Shown: positions 48,740 through 62,677, counted from the stretch's first letter. The stretch: 64,000 nucleotides of DNA from Paraspadella gotoi (GCA_051294375.1 CM119266.1:13877614-13941613), one strand, 5' to 3'. The notes: a model not told the origin generated them from the sequence alone. Translations and numbers: made by a program.

Positions 48740-51700
48740 CAGAGACGAGCCGTGGCCTTCGCGCCTCGGTCAAGAACATTTCATGTTAACTTCGTTTTTT
48801 TTCTTTATGCTTTTTTGTTGGTCCTTTCGCTATTTTGCGTCAGCTGAATCTTATCGATATATCAGTTTGACCATATGATGAGATGCGTTGTAGTTCTCTC
48901 TGCTTGCCTCTTCTTCCTTCAAAATACCAGTATATTCCTTTAATGGTCCTTCTTATCCGGAGCGCTTTACAGTAGGATCGCCTTTTCATGGTTATATTAT
49001 TGTCTACTCAATATTACACATTCAGTTTTTCGAAATGAGCGCTTTGGTGTGTTGTATTTCTAGGTAAATCTAGTGTAATCTATCCTTGAGACTCCACGAA
49101 TTTTTTAGGCAGTAAGGTGGAGGACGTCGTGTTACGGTGGGTTTGGGTGTTTATGAACTGTTCCGTGTCTCTGTAGGGAAGGCGTCGTATTCTTAGTGGA
49201 TCACTAAACGCTCGAGACGGGTTTCAACTCTGTCCCCCGGCACAGATAGGTGCGGTTGATATATTTATGTAGAGCTGACGTCGGGTTGACCTGCAACGTG
49301 GGTTTTGCCGGGGTCAGGGTTCAGGAAGGCGACCCCGAATCTCGGTCGCTCGGAAATGTCAAGAAGACCTCGGGAATGTCGAGACTCGAGGGCGGAGGAA
49401 AAAAAGAAAAACTCGACCCGAGTATCGATCGGGCGAAGACCTCGTTTTCACCCGTTCTCTAAGATCAACCTTTCACTTAACCATTTTTTCTTCTTCCTTT
49501 CGGCTATCACCAAGCAATATTCCTCCCCCTCACACCAGATACTACACATACACGAGGACACTCGTGTCATTATGCGCTACTTTCTTTCGTGGTCTCGACC
49601 TCTCCTCCCACATTCGCGGCTCGTCCCTGAGCCGTAGACGTCCTTTCACGCCCGATCAGCGTGAAGAAGCATCGTGCGAGATTACAATTTCCCACCTCGT
49701 GTGATTCAGGTCCTGATCCTCCGATGTCACCAACATACAGATACTCGTTCTACTCTCTTTTTTTTCTCTAAAACGCCTCGTACGATTTTCTCTCAATAAT
49801 GTTAATATTTATCCTGTGCACTTCAGAAGATTAAATACGACTTGGCGAGCTACCTGTCTGCCCTTACCTCTATTCTCTCAACCAGGGACCCAAAACACTC
49901 AAAACACAGAGACACATCTCTACTATAACATCGGTGTCCCCCCTCTTTGCAAAACTCGCAATACACAACTCGCTCTTGGATCCGAGGGTATGACAGCCCA
50001 CCCTCATCGGAAAAACCTGATCGTGTTGCAACAGATTGGCTTCTCTCGCCGTTACACAACTGTCAGGTTTTTATTATCAGTGCTCGTTTCTCGACCGGGA
50101 AGTACACTCACACACCAGTAGCTCTTGTTAACAATCTTCCGGCGTTCCGTCCTGGCGGACCTCTGTTCTCGGATGAAGACTTCCTACTCTCTTCCTCTCT
50201 CGTACGCTCTCATCTCTCTCTTCCGTTGCTTACATCGTCTCTCTCTTCGCTCTCATCTCTTCTGCTTTCTCACCTGCTCCTCTCACTCTCTCTCTCTCTG
50301 GTGATCTTGCGTCTCTGTTGCTTTGTCTGACAGTCTCTTTACCACGCGGAATTTAGTTCCTTCCTCACATTTGTCGGCCTATCGTGCTTCTGGTCGTTTC
50401 TCGGATTCCCTCGCCTCCATAATTTCTACAAAGTGTGTTCGTGTTCTGTCTCCTTGCGAGAGAGACGAAACATTGTGGTTCATTTGTGTGTTCGCGAGTT
50501 GGTGAGATTTCTCTCTCTCGAGACCTCCTCTCGTCATCTCTCGACCTCTCCTCCGCACGGATGACGTCTTTATGCATATGTGACTTTCTCTACGATCTCT
50601 TTTCTGTATACTTTCTTTCTTTCTTTCTTCTTCTTTCTTTCTTTCTTTCTTATCTTCTTCTCTTTGTTTACTGTATCTTCCTATTCGTGTTTCTTTCTTT
50701 TATATTCATAACTTGTTTTTTCATATTCTTTTGCTTTTTGTTTTCTGAGCCGCGTTTGCGTGATTGTTGTATGATACGACGCCCTTCTTTTTTTTGCTCC
50801 TGTTGTGCTAGAGAGAAAAGATTAGTGTTAAGATCCGTGAGAGAGCCTTCAGGAGGAGGGAAACGAACGCGTTATTGTCTTCATGTTAATCGTTTTCTCT
50901 TCTTTATGTTTCCCTTTTACTTTTCAAACTTTTTGCTTCTCTCGGCTTGTTCCTTTTTTCTATTTTTTATATTCTGTGTGTTTCTCTTATTCTACTGTGA
51001 GATCGAGGCTCTCATATTCAATCCGGGAGACGTATATTCTCTCTCTGCATCTCAACGAAAATGTCTCTGTGGTTTCTTTTCTCTTCTTTCCTCTCTCTCT
51101 CTCTTAATTATCACAATTATTCTTAATGGTGTCTTCTCAAATTTTAAAAAATTTCTTTTTCTCCAATGGAGTGTTCTTCTCTCTCCTCTCTCATAACTAC
51201 TTACTCTCAACTGGTCCTATGGGACAAACGAAAGAGGGATACTACAAGTCTTCTCTCACGTCGTTTTTGCCACTCTTATAGCGAGAAACTGACTCTTTCT
51301 CTCTCTCTTTCTTGCTCCTCTCTGCCTTTTCTCTCACTCTCGTACCTTCTTTTCTCTCTGTGTTTCTTTAATACAATTGCTCCAGTACCCTTCTTTCTAT
51401 ACATCTCTCTGCGCTCTCTTTACATCTTCTCTCACATCATGACTTCATTTTTCAAGTATACAAGTAATCTTTTATAATTTTTCTCTCTACTCTCTTTTCT
51501 TTTATTCCTCTCTACTCCTCCTCTAGCTATTATGCTACCCATACCTCTCTCTTGTCCTCCTAATATTGACTACGCTCTTCTTATTTCTTCTTCGGCAAGA
51601 AGCTTCTAACTGTTTCCACATCTCCCCTTCTCTCTCTCCTCTTTCCTCGTCCCCTCTCTCTCTCTAAGCCCCCGGCCCCCGATAATTCTACTTTCACTCC

Positions 51701-54310
51701 TCACTCTCTCTTTCCCGCTCTCTTCACTGTCCAGCGCGGACGGGGAAGATACTGTATCCTCAAAGCCGAAATAACGACTTTTTCCACTCGCTCGCTCTCA
51801 GAGGAACAGTGCGGTGAAGGAGTCTCCGGGCAGAATCGCTTGCGCGTTTTTATTGTTGCGCTCTCGCCTCTCTCTCGCCCCATCAGTCTATTTCTCCTCC
51901 CCAAAAGAATTTACGTCGAGAGAAAGATCATTCCAGAAGCGACGTGCATCGGCTTCCCGCGGGGACTTTGGCCAGAGGGGGACAGATGTCGAAAATTGTT
52001 CAATGGTGATGGGTGAAGGAAAGAGACTTCTAAAGGGGAGAGCGAAATGAAGGAAGAGAAGAGGGGAGAAAAGAAAAGAAAAAGAAAAAAAAAGGAAAAG
52101 AAAGAAACATCGTGTAAATTTCCGCTTCGCTTTCTCTACAATGCCCGGGAATATTGACATTATTTCCCGGGATGGAAAGGCTTGAGATGGAAGGGCGTGC
52201 AGCCAAATGACAGCAATTCTACCCGACCCGATTCTCCATAGATTGGTATTAGAATTAGGCCACAATTCGATGCCTGCATCTGTTCGCGCGCGCGAGGGAT
52301 ATGCAGAGAGGGTGCCCCGAGCAGAATAGCGAGTTAAGAGGCCAACAGATTAAACGTTCTCGTCGATGGGAACGAGAGAGGCACAAACAGAGGGAAAACC
52401 GAAAAAAATGGACACCAAAATGAGAAAAGCGCACAATCACCAAAATCAAGTCGAACTCATTCGTCGCTTTCGGTCCTCAACGAGCCTTCCCACGCCCCCA
52501 GTCCCGTGCGAGACCTGCCTCAGAATACACTCTTTGCGCCTATCTCGTTGATTCTCTGATTTCTTTTCGTAGAGCAGTGTGCTGGAATGCGATGAGACTC
52601 AAAAAAAGACAGGACGAACATTCTCGGCACCGAAACGGCGTGTCCGCCATGGTGGTCCCGAAGAGATAAAGTCCGTTCTCGTGCTGTTGTTTCAGTGTGT
52701 AAGAGGAGTAGAGAGAGATAGAGGGGAAGAAGAAGAGAGAGGACCGGAGAAACGAAAGAAGGGCAGACGAAGAAGGGGAAGTCGAGAAGGAAGCGGGAGC
52801 GAGAGATGAAAGGAGACGAGTTTTTAGCTTGAGTCAAAAGAGGACGAGAGGGGGGGAGGACGAGTGGAGGCGTAAAAGGAAAACGTTTTTTTTTCCAATC
52901 CCGCGGCTCTTCAGCGCCATCTTGTGGGTCACCGATGCGGAATGGGGAGAAGCGCCAATTTGATCTTTTCGCTCATGATGAATAACAGAGAGAGCCTCGC
53001 GACGTCGTTGTTTGTTAGGAAGAAGTGGAAGGAGAGAGGAGGAGAAGAGGAGGGCCGGATGGGATATAGCAAAGAGATGATAGACGAGACACAGACGTGA
53101 GAGCAGGAGGAGAGGAAATCCCGACGTAGGCAAATCCGTGGCCGGGCATTACTTCTGCTCGAACGATATGGAAAAGCCAGTGCCCGATTACGGATCAGCG
53201 TTCCATTTACCCGGAGCCCTTTATACCCGCTTGAAGAGAAAGATTAAAAGTTTTAATCGATGCCCAGGAGCGGAGCGCGTGGCCCCATGGATTTCTCGTC
53301 CTTAACGCCGAAAAAATCCGTAATTTCAATTCAATGAAATCGACACGCCCGGAGAAACGAAGGATTAAATCCCTCGATTTCTTCTCTTAGATAGAAGCTT
53401 AATTTCCTCCTGTCGGACTTTTTTAACGAGAACATTACAGCGAACTATCATCTTTTTTTCGCTGTGTATCTCGCAAATTGAGAAATGTTTGATGCCCGGT
53501 AGATCAAGGTCGTTTTCGTCGGTTCGCCAGCTTTTTCCGCATTATCGTCGTATATACCGACTTCCAGTCTGTCACTGTCTGATCGATACCCAGGCATTGG
53601 CCAGATCGATCCAATCGCATCTCAGGTTGTTTTTGGCCCGAGTCCTTTCAAGATCTGCGGTCGTTTCCGTGTCGTGGTTCGGTCCTCGTAGTCGCCTGCG
53701 ACTGGCGCCAGGATGTGGTCCGTTGGCGCGCTTATGGAGTAGATTATGGTCACACACTTCGAATATAAAACCTGGCAGACGAGCTCCGCTTAGTTGGGTT
53801 TCTTTCTTTTTTTTTTTTCGTGTCTAAGTTTTTCTCATCCAGTTTGTTTTTTTTCATGTTTTTTTTTTTTTTTTTTTTTTTTGCTTTCGAACCTCAGGAA
53901 AACAAAACCAATTGGATGGATGCGGTTAGGTGGGATCGGAAAGTGTTTTTGAATGCGTTTTTATAGAAGCCGAGCAGAGACGTTTCCATAACTAGTTCGT
54001 GAGCTAGTGCTTATTTTCTCACTCACTCAGGCGTCTAATCCAGCAGAACTGTATTCGTCAGCGCAGTTCTTCCAGCATAATGCTCCTTCATTCTCTACCA
54101 TCGACATAGTGGTCCCACGTCGTGTCGTCTAAGGAGTTATCTGAATCACTGGGGCTTCGGACAAGAGAAGAAGAGCAAATGATACAGATCGCGGAGAAAT
54201 AAGAAAAAAAAATGAACGAGGGAGAGAAGAGATGATAGGAAAAACAAAGAGGTGTGGAAGAAAACCACTGGAGGTGTGCGGAAAAGCATGACGGAGAAAA
54301 TAATGGAAAT
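48740..54310 (-). repeat. Very noisy inverted copy of 42600-43500 and 47100-48531
   Basis: Anchors: cttcaaaataccagtatattc (~48917) vs 48385-48405; ctcaacgaaaatgtctc (51051) vs 47164-47180; gttttaatcgatgcccaggagcgg (53250) vs 43078-43100; gcgtctaatccagcagaa (54031) vs 42786-42803. Confidence 0.85.
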
Positions 54311-54699
54311 ACGTACACAATCTTTCGTGTTTTGCTCTTGTATACATTTTTAAAATATATAAATCTGCATCTCATCATAAGACTACTAATCTCATCCCGT
54401 ACCTCTTCGCTTTCTCTCTTGCTTCTATTCGCTTCTTTCATTACCTAGCTCGGGTTACTATCTCGTTCTCTTCTCTCGTTCTCGTCTCGTTATAACCTGA
54501 CAATGTATCTCTCTCCTTTAATAGTACTGCTTTTCCGTTATAGAAGTAAAGATAAAAGTATTTCTTTCCCTTACGTACCAGTGGCGTGACAGACAAAACT
54601 TTGAGAAAACTTATTATCATGAATAAACGCACAAGGTATCGACCATTTTTTGTAGAAGGATACTCTCAATTTTAAAAGACTGAGAGATCAGCCGATTTT

Positions 54700-57600
54700 T
54701 CTTTCTCAGTCGAATTTTTTCTTTTTAGCGGAATTCGTTTTTCCAAGCGAAAAATTCAACTTTAAATTCCCCGCGAACAGAACTGGATCCGCTCCAGCAA
54801 AGATATATTAATCACTCAAGAGGACTCATCCTCTCGCATTACTGAGGAGAAAAATTAACACCATATCTCTCGGTCGCGGTTGACCCTTCTCGCCGTCAGA
54901 ATAATACTGCCACCGATTAGGGACAATACTCGAAGTTATTGACGGTGTCTGAAAACGAATTAGTTTACGGACCTTTTGATCAAATATCAGGGAATACACC
55001 GGCCCAGCGACATGAAATTTAAACCGTATTCAAAGATAAGTATTTACATAGGTAAACATCATTGTACAATATTGGCGTAAACGATATCTTTTTACTTCGT
55101 CGTACCGGGCACCTCTGTGTCCTTTTTTTTATCGCCTCGCCTCCCGCCTTATTCTCGAACCCACCAGAGCCAGCCAGGACTTTGCGACTTACTCCTCGGA
55201 CCCCTAGGAGCTCGCTTTCCCTGATCGTTCCTTCCACTTAGTGAAGCAGGCTTCCCGAGTTGGTGGTGAGTCCCCGTCTGTCCCTGTTGAGTTTTTTCAC
55301 CTTGCTTTTCCTCTCTCTCTCTTGCTTTATTCGCCGCTAGTTGCGGCCATTCATTTTCTCTATGTGTACTCTCTTCCGATATACCCTAATATTATGTTTC
55401 CCTCAGCCTTATTTTTACCTCTCCCGTTCGCGGGAAACGCCCCCTTCGTTATCATTTTTACTCCCACTCGGGTTCTCGCTAACTCGCGATTTTTTCCAAA
55501 CGTGCGCTTAGACAAGTTGCTTCGCTGCCTCCTTGCTGCCATGAGATCGGTGGTTCGCGATCGGCCCCGTTCCTCTTAGGCTTCCCGTAAATCGAACTTC
55601 ATACACATTCTAATAGTTCTTTCTACAGCCGCCGGGCCGAGTGCTTCACACACCGTTTACTTTTTATTTTTAAATTTTTTTAGTTCGAGGACTAGTCAAA
55701 ACCTTTCACGTCCCACTTGTGACGTTCTCTTTTAAATGTGTTAATAAATCCAAATATCGATTCGTATGCGCCGTCAATCAAGGCAAGCATCTTTAATACA
55801 AGCAAACGTTCTGCAAAATCATAATCTTCGTTTTCTCTTATATTCATCGTATTCTTTAATTTTTTATTTTTGGTTTTTTTTTGTTTTTGCCTTTCGCTCC
55901 TATGTTTTTTCACCCTCTTTCACAAGTTAAGCTCTCAAAGTTTTTTTTTCTAAATTTTTTTTATTTCCCCCCCGTCATTCTCTCTTTCTATTTCTTCATT
56001 CTTCCATAGCATATCCTACCACTCAAAATGCTTCTTGCCACGCCCGCGGTGCGTTTTTAATTTGCGACAAGTCTTGGCTCCACTCTATATTCTTTCGGAC
56101 TCTTTTTATACCTCGGTTTGTCTGTACTGTTCTGCTGTCGGCTGTCCGGATGGTCCCGTCGTAGCCGCGTGTGTCGCTTTCCGTCTCTTTACGGGGCCTT
56201 CTGTTTATCGACTAAGATCAAGGGTTTCTTTCTAGTAACTCGCCTCTTTTTTCCTCCTCTTCCTCTCTCTCGACTCGCCTGCTTTTGCGATTTATCTTCT
56301 TCCTCCTCCTCCTCCTTTCTTCTCGGCGGGAAATGTGGCGCTCGTTCATCTCACAATTAGTCGACCATCCGGGGCGAAGATAATCTACGCTCCTGCGGGG
56401 CTAGCGCCGCCCCCCAACTATTGGTTTTCAATCTTTATATCTATTACAATGATCCCACGCACTCAAGTCTCCCCCGTTTTTCGTATCCGGACTAATACCT
56501 TGACAGACTTGAGTGACACCGTCAAAGTTTCGAAGCCAGCCCGACCATCATCCCGCCACCCGGACCCTCGCGCATCGAAGCCAACTTGCACATAGCTGAA
56601 ATGATCGCAATCGCCTCTTTTAGAAGAGATATCGGTCCGAGAGTATGAATGGTCGGTATCGATCGAGAGAGAGTACTTCGTTTGAGAGAGAGGACCGAAT
56701 AGTGACCATCGCGAGGAGTGATTTCGGTGACTGATTGTCGAGTGCGTTCGGGATGACGATATACCGAGATGTGCAGGTATGTATCTTTTTGCTAATTTTG
56801 AGGAATTAAAGAACGTATTAGATGACCGGATTGTTGTGTACGGTACTGCTCGTGTGTTAGGTGATTGTTCGACATTCTTTAGAGGAGGTTTCTTTGTAGA
56901 ACGAATATTCCTTTATAATACATAATCGAATAAATGTCCAAAATCGTAATATTATGAATCCATCGGGCACGGTGTGTCCAACCTCTGTTCTTCGTGAATG
57001 ATATGATATTCCTCTGGATAACTCGTTAAAGAATTGTTACAATATAGCAATAGTTTATTTTTTTGTCTTTGGGAATTCATACTTATTGCCTCTAACAGAA
57101 ACCCCCAACTCCTTCCTCTTTCTTCTTCTCTATAACTATCCCTCTTTCTTTTGCTTCCATCTATCTTTTCTCTACCCATATCGTTTTCTTCTTTTCTTCT
57201 CCTCCCTCTTCTTTGTCGATTTTTCATTTTCAATCTTTTGCCCTTCTCCGTTCTTCCCTTTTTCAACCTCCCAGTAAATCAGAGATCCAATTTCTTGTTT
57301 TCTCGGCTGACATTCTTACTTGCCGGAATCTCTGGTTGCTCTCTCTCTCTTTCTATCCGTGCAACGTCTTCATAATCCGCCCTACCTGCCTCTCCCTTTC
57401 CTCTCTCTCTTCTCCCTTTCTTGCTCCTCATTCCTCCTAATCACCTCTTCTTGTCGAGTCCTCTAACCTATGTTCTCCGTCTCGTGGTTTCCCTTTGCTA
57501 CCTCCTTTCTCCGTTCTCTCTGTCTCTCTCTTCCTTGTTCTCCTACGCGCTCTCCTCGTCACTCTTTCTCCTGAACTCTCCGTTTATCTCTCCACTTCTT

Positions 57601-58125
57601 CTCCTCCTCATCTCGTGAAGATCCCGAACACTTCATAGCATAACATGTACATAATAAGTCAATTTATATATCTCCTCCGATGAATAACTTGTTTCTTCCT
57701 CAATCGCTCTCAGATTGAGACCGCGCCTCCCACAAATGAATAAATACATTAATATATCTCGTACCTTCTCCCGGTTGAAATCATAGTGTCGGAGTTATTA
57801 GTTTATAGTGATCATAGGATTTCCCGGGAGAGAAGATTTATAAGTCATGTCGCGGTAATGAGATTTGTTGGAGCCCCGCGATAGAAAAAACAGATTCCTC
57901 CCGCCGCGCACATCATTCACTTGGATGCCTTCTTATCCCGCCCGCATTCCCGTCCTGTCAACGGGCTTTTACAGGGATTTAGGGCATGAGTGCAGTAATT
58001 AAAAACTTAATTGACAGATTCCCTCTTCCCGTCCCACTCAAACAAGCTTTTCCCGTCTCAAAACACACCTTGACCCAAGGCCTTCCGCCCTCCCCCTGTA
58101 CCGCACCCGCGTGTTTTTAGCGAGA

Positions 58126-58162
<37 letters not shown>

Positions 58163-59000
58163 AAAAAAAAAATTTATGGTTTCGTCTCCTTCACCGGTTA
58201 GGTCGTAGTAATTCGTCCGCAGAGAGACAGCACTCTCTCTCTTTCTCTCTTTCTCTCTCTCTTTCTCTCTCTGCTTCTACTCTCTCTCTATCTCCTCTCT
58301 CTCTCTCTCTCTCTCTCGATCTCTCTCTCTCTCTCTACAGGTTCGCCCATCCTGATAAATTTTCAGATGGAGGATTTTGGAATAAGTGAGGAAGAGAGGA
58401 TTGAGTAGATGGAGGTGACGAGACTGAAAAAATAGCAACTGACGAGCGCAGAGAACCGTGAAAAATATTGGTCTCCGTCACTTATTGGCACGGGAGACGC
58501 AAAGACAAATGGCGGCGCGATTGTCCGCAGAGCTTCCGCAGGGCGCCGCAGATAATTCTGATGGTATGTGGAGCTCTCCCCAGATACACGACCTTTTCTT
58601 TCATGCCCTTTAAAAGTACCACAGAATATATGAGCCAGATCTGAGAGAGCAGACAGGACAGAGTGCCTCTAGTCATCGCCCTTCCTTCAGGCGACTCTAT
58701 GTCTGGCTCATTTCTTCTTCTCTCTCTCCACTCTGTCATCGGCAGTGCTCTCGTCGGACTGAGAGACGAGTAGAGAGAGGTGGCAGAGAGACGAGAGAGT
58801 ATGAATGAAGAGAGAATGAGGAGAGTATGGAGTTAGAGTAGCGATCGATGGATTTGGTTTGTAGGAGACGAGCAGAGAGAGACGAGAGAAGAATAATGAA
58901 TGTGGAAAAGCGGGGAGGCCGGGAAACACGGCTGAGTTCTTGTTGTGCTGCCAGGGCTTTCAAAAGGTGTGGAAGGAAAAGAGAATGGTTAGGCCTGGAT
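54700..59000 (+). repeat. Very noisy direct copy of about 38400-42150 lacking 39131-40872
   Basis: Anchors: tcgaattttttctttttagcggaattc (54710); ccccgtcattctctc (55970); caaaatcgtaatattatgaa (56939); gagaaccgtgaaaaatattgg (58451); ggaaaagcggggagg (58904). Confidence 0.8.
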
Positions 59001-59909
59001 GGGGTGCCTGTCGCGCCAAAGGTAAGACGCGGGAAGTAGGAGGCGCAATCAACGCGCGTCGCTCCCTTCTTTGTAATGATCACCGACCGAAATGGGTTTT
59101 CGAGGAAACGAGATTACATCCGGGGGGGCGAGAGTTTGAGGGAGGTTGGAAATAAATGGTTGGAGCGGATTGAAAAAGAATATTACATCCGGGATAGTTT
59201 GAGGGAATAAGTAAAGCGTAGGCGATGGATATTACATCCGGGACGGAACAAAAAATTTAGGAATGTAATTGAATGTGGGTGTCGGTGCTGTTGGAGATTA
59301 GAGGTTTACAGTAAAGCGTGAGATTCGATCTCGAGAAGGAGAGAAAAGAGAAATTACTTTAAAATGTGACTGTATTTTTTATTATAAAAAAAAGAAAACG
59401 AAATTGGAGAAAATTAAAGGAAATTGAAGGAAATTGAAGCGAAATTGAAAAAATTAAAAAAGAGCATCGCATCGAAGAAAAGCGACGTCTTTCGATGCGC
59501 AACGAAAATGACAAACGATATCTTTTTTTCCTTTTTTTTTCATCTTCTCCTCTTTTTAACTTCTTTCTCTTTATATTCGAAAGATAAAAGATAATGGCGG
59601 AGATTAAAAAACACCGTCGATGAAGAGAACAAGACGATGATGATGACGACGACGACGACGACGACGACTGAAAAAGATTCCAATTCCATTCTTCGCTTCA
59701 TTCGAATTTGACTGGAAACATCGATAGGAATAAATTATGAAAGTCAGGCTGCTGTATCGGTTATTTTCTTCCTAATATATTATTTATATATTTTATCATA
59801 CTACTACATAAAAATAAATTATCGAGAAGGTATCAAGTTTCTTTTACTTTTTTTATAAAACAAACAAATTGGCCAAAATTCAATGTATCATAATCGATTC
59901 TCTACTTAC

Positions 59910-60148
59910 CATCCGGTAGAAAATTCGCGCAGATTTGTTCTTTTAATCCGAAACAAAAATACAATTGCAAAATAATCAACTGGTATAAAGATGGACGGGC
60001 ATAAAAGCCAGGCTATAAACCATCCACGCAGGTCACAGACTTCACTCTCCCGCCACCGGGCGCCACCCCTACCACGCTCACCACCCACATTGCCACCCTT
60101 CCTCCCCTGAAGCAGCTCCCTCACCCCACTCTCCCCCAGTAGCGCCAT
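59910..60148 (-). CDS. Candidate first coding exon with a hydrophobic signal-peptide-like segment
   Basis: ATGGCG start at 60148; ...RGWFIAWLLCPS then either IFIPVDYFAIVFLF or, in another frame, LYQLIILQLYFCFGLKEQICANFLPD; perfect G|GTAAGT donor (acttac at 59904-59909) followed by AT-rich sequence. Confidence 0.35.
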
Positions 60149-60884
60149 CGTCGTCGCCGCATCGAACTCAACTCACGACGGAAATAGATTTTACGCGAGG
60201 CTGCGATGACGCCACGGGCGCTGAGGCCGCCAGCGGGGAACGTCAACCCTGACCCTAACGANNNNNNNNNNNNNNNNNNNNNNNNNNNNNNNNNNNNNNN
60301 NNNNNNNNNNNNNNNNNNNNNNNNNNNNNNNNNNNNNNNNNNNNNNNNNNNNNNNNNNNNNNNNNNNNNNNNNNNNNNNNNNNNNNNNNNNNNNNNNNNN
60401 NNNNNNNNNNNNNNNNNNNNNNNNNNNNNNNNNNNNNNNNNNNNNNNNNNNNNNNNNNNNNNNNNNNNNNNNNNNNNNNNNNNNNNNNNNNNNTCTCTCT
60501 CTCTCTCTCTCCTTTCTCTTGCATTCTTTCTCAATGAATCTGGGCCGGCAAATAATCTTACAATTTTCCTACTTTCTTTCAGGCGAGAAACCGAACCTTC
60601 CCTTCGAGTCACAATTATCCATCAAGAGAATCGAATAATTTTATTTTCATTTTATTGCACCTTGCCCTACCTATAAAATTTAATCTCAATTTGTTTGTAA
60701 ATCCCTCGAGAACAAAGATTAAACGACTTTCTAATTCAGTCCAACGGTTTATGTATAACACTTTTTCACTTTATTTTTTCTTCTTTTAAACGTGGTAAAA
60801 CTCTTTAGACTTTATCCCGCTCTTGTACCACTCCCTCTAATCAACCAATACCAAAAACTCAGAAAAAAAAAACGAAAAGGAAAA

Positions 60885-61290
60885 AAAAAAGGCGCGCCAA
60901 CGTCGCAGTTTGACGCCTCCAGTTTCTCTATCGCTCTTCTTTTTTTCTTCTCTTCTCTTCTCCACTTTTCTTTCGCGCACGACAAAGGCGCCAATTTTCT
61001 CAGGTCCGTTCTCTGCTGAATGCTGATTGGTCCGACGAATTCCATCTTAAGATTAAAAAAAAAGACTTAAAACTAAAATAGCCAGAATCACCTCTCCCCC
61101 TCCTGCCCTCAACCCCGTTCACCCTCTCGCTTACCGATTGGCTCCAAGATTGCTCCGCTCAATTCATTAGCGAGGGATTGGATTTCCTTCGATTTCTCAT
61201 TGGTCGATCAGAGAGACGGCTCCCGGATTGGTTCGTTTCGTATCCGACGCCTCGCCGCCTCGGAACGTTGCCAGGTAACGGCGCGGCGGA
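60885..61290. promoter_or_regulatory. Promoter-like segment with clustered CCAAT boxes and E2F-like sites
   Basis: ATTGG at 61026, 61137, 61177, 61199 and 61227; TTTCGCGC at 60971; GGCGCGCCAA at 60891; GGCGCCAA at 60987; CAG|GTAACG donor-like site near 61274. Confidence 0.35.
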
Positions 61291-61904
61291 AAGCGAGAAT
61301 GGCCCGGCCGATCGCCGCCGGATATTTACTGAGGAATAAAATGAAAATCTATCGTTCTATTTCCCTTTCCCTCCCCCATGAACACCCCCCTTGTTCCATT
61401 TACTCTTCCCCGTATTTGCTGTCTTTTCCGTCGTTTCCTTTGTCGGCATCAACCCCGACTTACAGCGGAAGTCGCGCCGAGGACCAATTGTAGACGAAGA
61501 ATGTCTTCGGTGTTTGTCTTTGTTGTCTCTGAGACGTCAGACGTGAACGAATGTCGACTCATTTTTATTTCTCGGAGTTTTTATCATTTTGGGCAATTCC
61601 TTTTATATTCTACCATTCATAATAAAAACCAGTTTCTTTACACGAGAAACAATCTATAGACAAATCTCTATCTATATATAGTATCTCTATATTTAATCTT
61701 AACAAAGTCTAATAAAAAACACCGTTATTACATTCTCGTCGCTACAAGCGTGGGGTTTCTAGGCTCCACCTACTAATTTATTAATCCGTTAACCCATTAA
61801 CCTTTGGCCAAGAAATAATAATTTCTACAGCGTCCAAGAATAGACCGAAGAGCGAAGGTAATTTCTCAATATAAAACGACTTTGTGGACGAAAAAAAAGA
61901 GATA

Positions 61905-62060
61905 TAAGTAATTTTCTCGCGTTCATGAAGAAAGACGTCCAGTTCGAACGAGCTGTTGTGGACTGTTGAAATTCTCGACCAGAAATACTGAAAGTTCTTG
62001 CTGTTTCAGAGGCGGTCATGGAATATAGACAAAAGATCCTCAAGAAAACTGCTGTCTATA
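61905..62060 (+). mobile_element. Possible degenerate 3' end of a CR1/L2-type LINE ORF2
   Basis: The frame KKDVQFERAVVDC*NSRPEILKVLAVSEAVMEYRQKILKK resembles the F..RVV..WN.LP..V.....FK..L C-terminal signature. Weak. Confidence 0.25.
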
Positions 62061-62592
62061 AATTATATCTGGTGGGAAAAAACATGTAGACACTAAAAAT
62101 TTAACAATGCAGTTGTTAACCCTACTGTTACGATCACGCGTATGAAAACGCTACGTGGGGCTCGGATGCCACGAGTAGAGGCTCCGGGATGCACCACACG
62201 TCATTGACTGTCTTCTGCAGAGCTGGCAGGAACGCGATCAAAAAAACGATGTCAGAGCTGGAAAGCGAAGATCAGAGCAGCGCTGAGGGAGCAGGGAAAG
62301 GAGTCACGGTCAATTAAGGTAGCGTGGGAAAAGAGAGGCGAGAGAGACGAGAGAAAAGAGAGAGATGGAGAAGAGAGAGATTATGGAGAGAGGAGAGAGA
62401 GGAGTAGAGAGAGAGAGGAGGAGATGAGAGGAAGAGAACGAGGGGGAAGAGAGAGGAGACGAGAAACGAGAGACGAGAGAGAGATGAGAGACGAGGAGAG
62501 AGACTTATTCTGTTTAAGTTGATACCGCCCGCCAAACTCAGAGGTGAAAATCGCAAATCTTCTCGGACCAAGCAGACTCAAAAAGAAGTAGG

Positions 62593-62627
<35 letters not shown>

Positions 62628-62634
62628 CGTTCTC

Positions 62635-62677
<43 letters not shown>

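Noticed and set aside
58439-58475. CTGACGA...GAAA as another hammerhead
   Set aside because: No convincing stems; it lies in noisy duplicate sequence and is absent from the cleaner copy at 41740.
59113-59243. Repeat-spacer pattern as a CRISPR array
   Set aside because: Only three 12-bp units, uneven and mutually similar spacers, no cas genes, eukaryotic context.
60245-60260. aaccctgaccctaac as a telomeric repeat
   Set aside because: Only about 2.5 degenerate units; the adjacent gap hides any continuation.
61660-61762. TCTAT...hairpin-CTAG as a mini-Helitron
   Set aside because: The hairpin is only 4 bp and CTAG is not followed by T; insufficient support.
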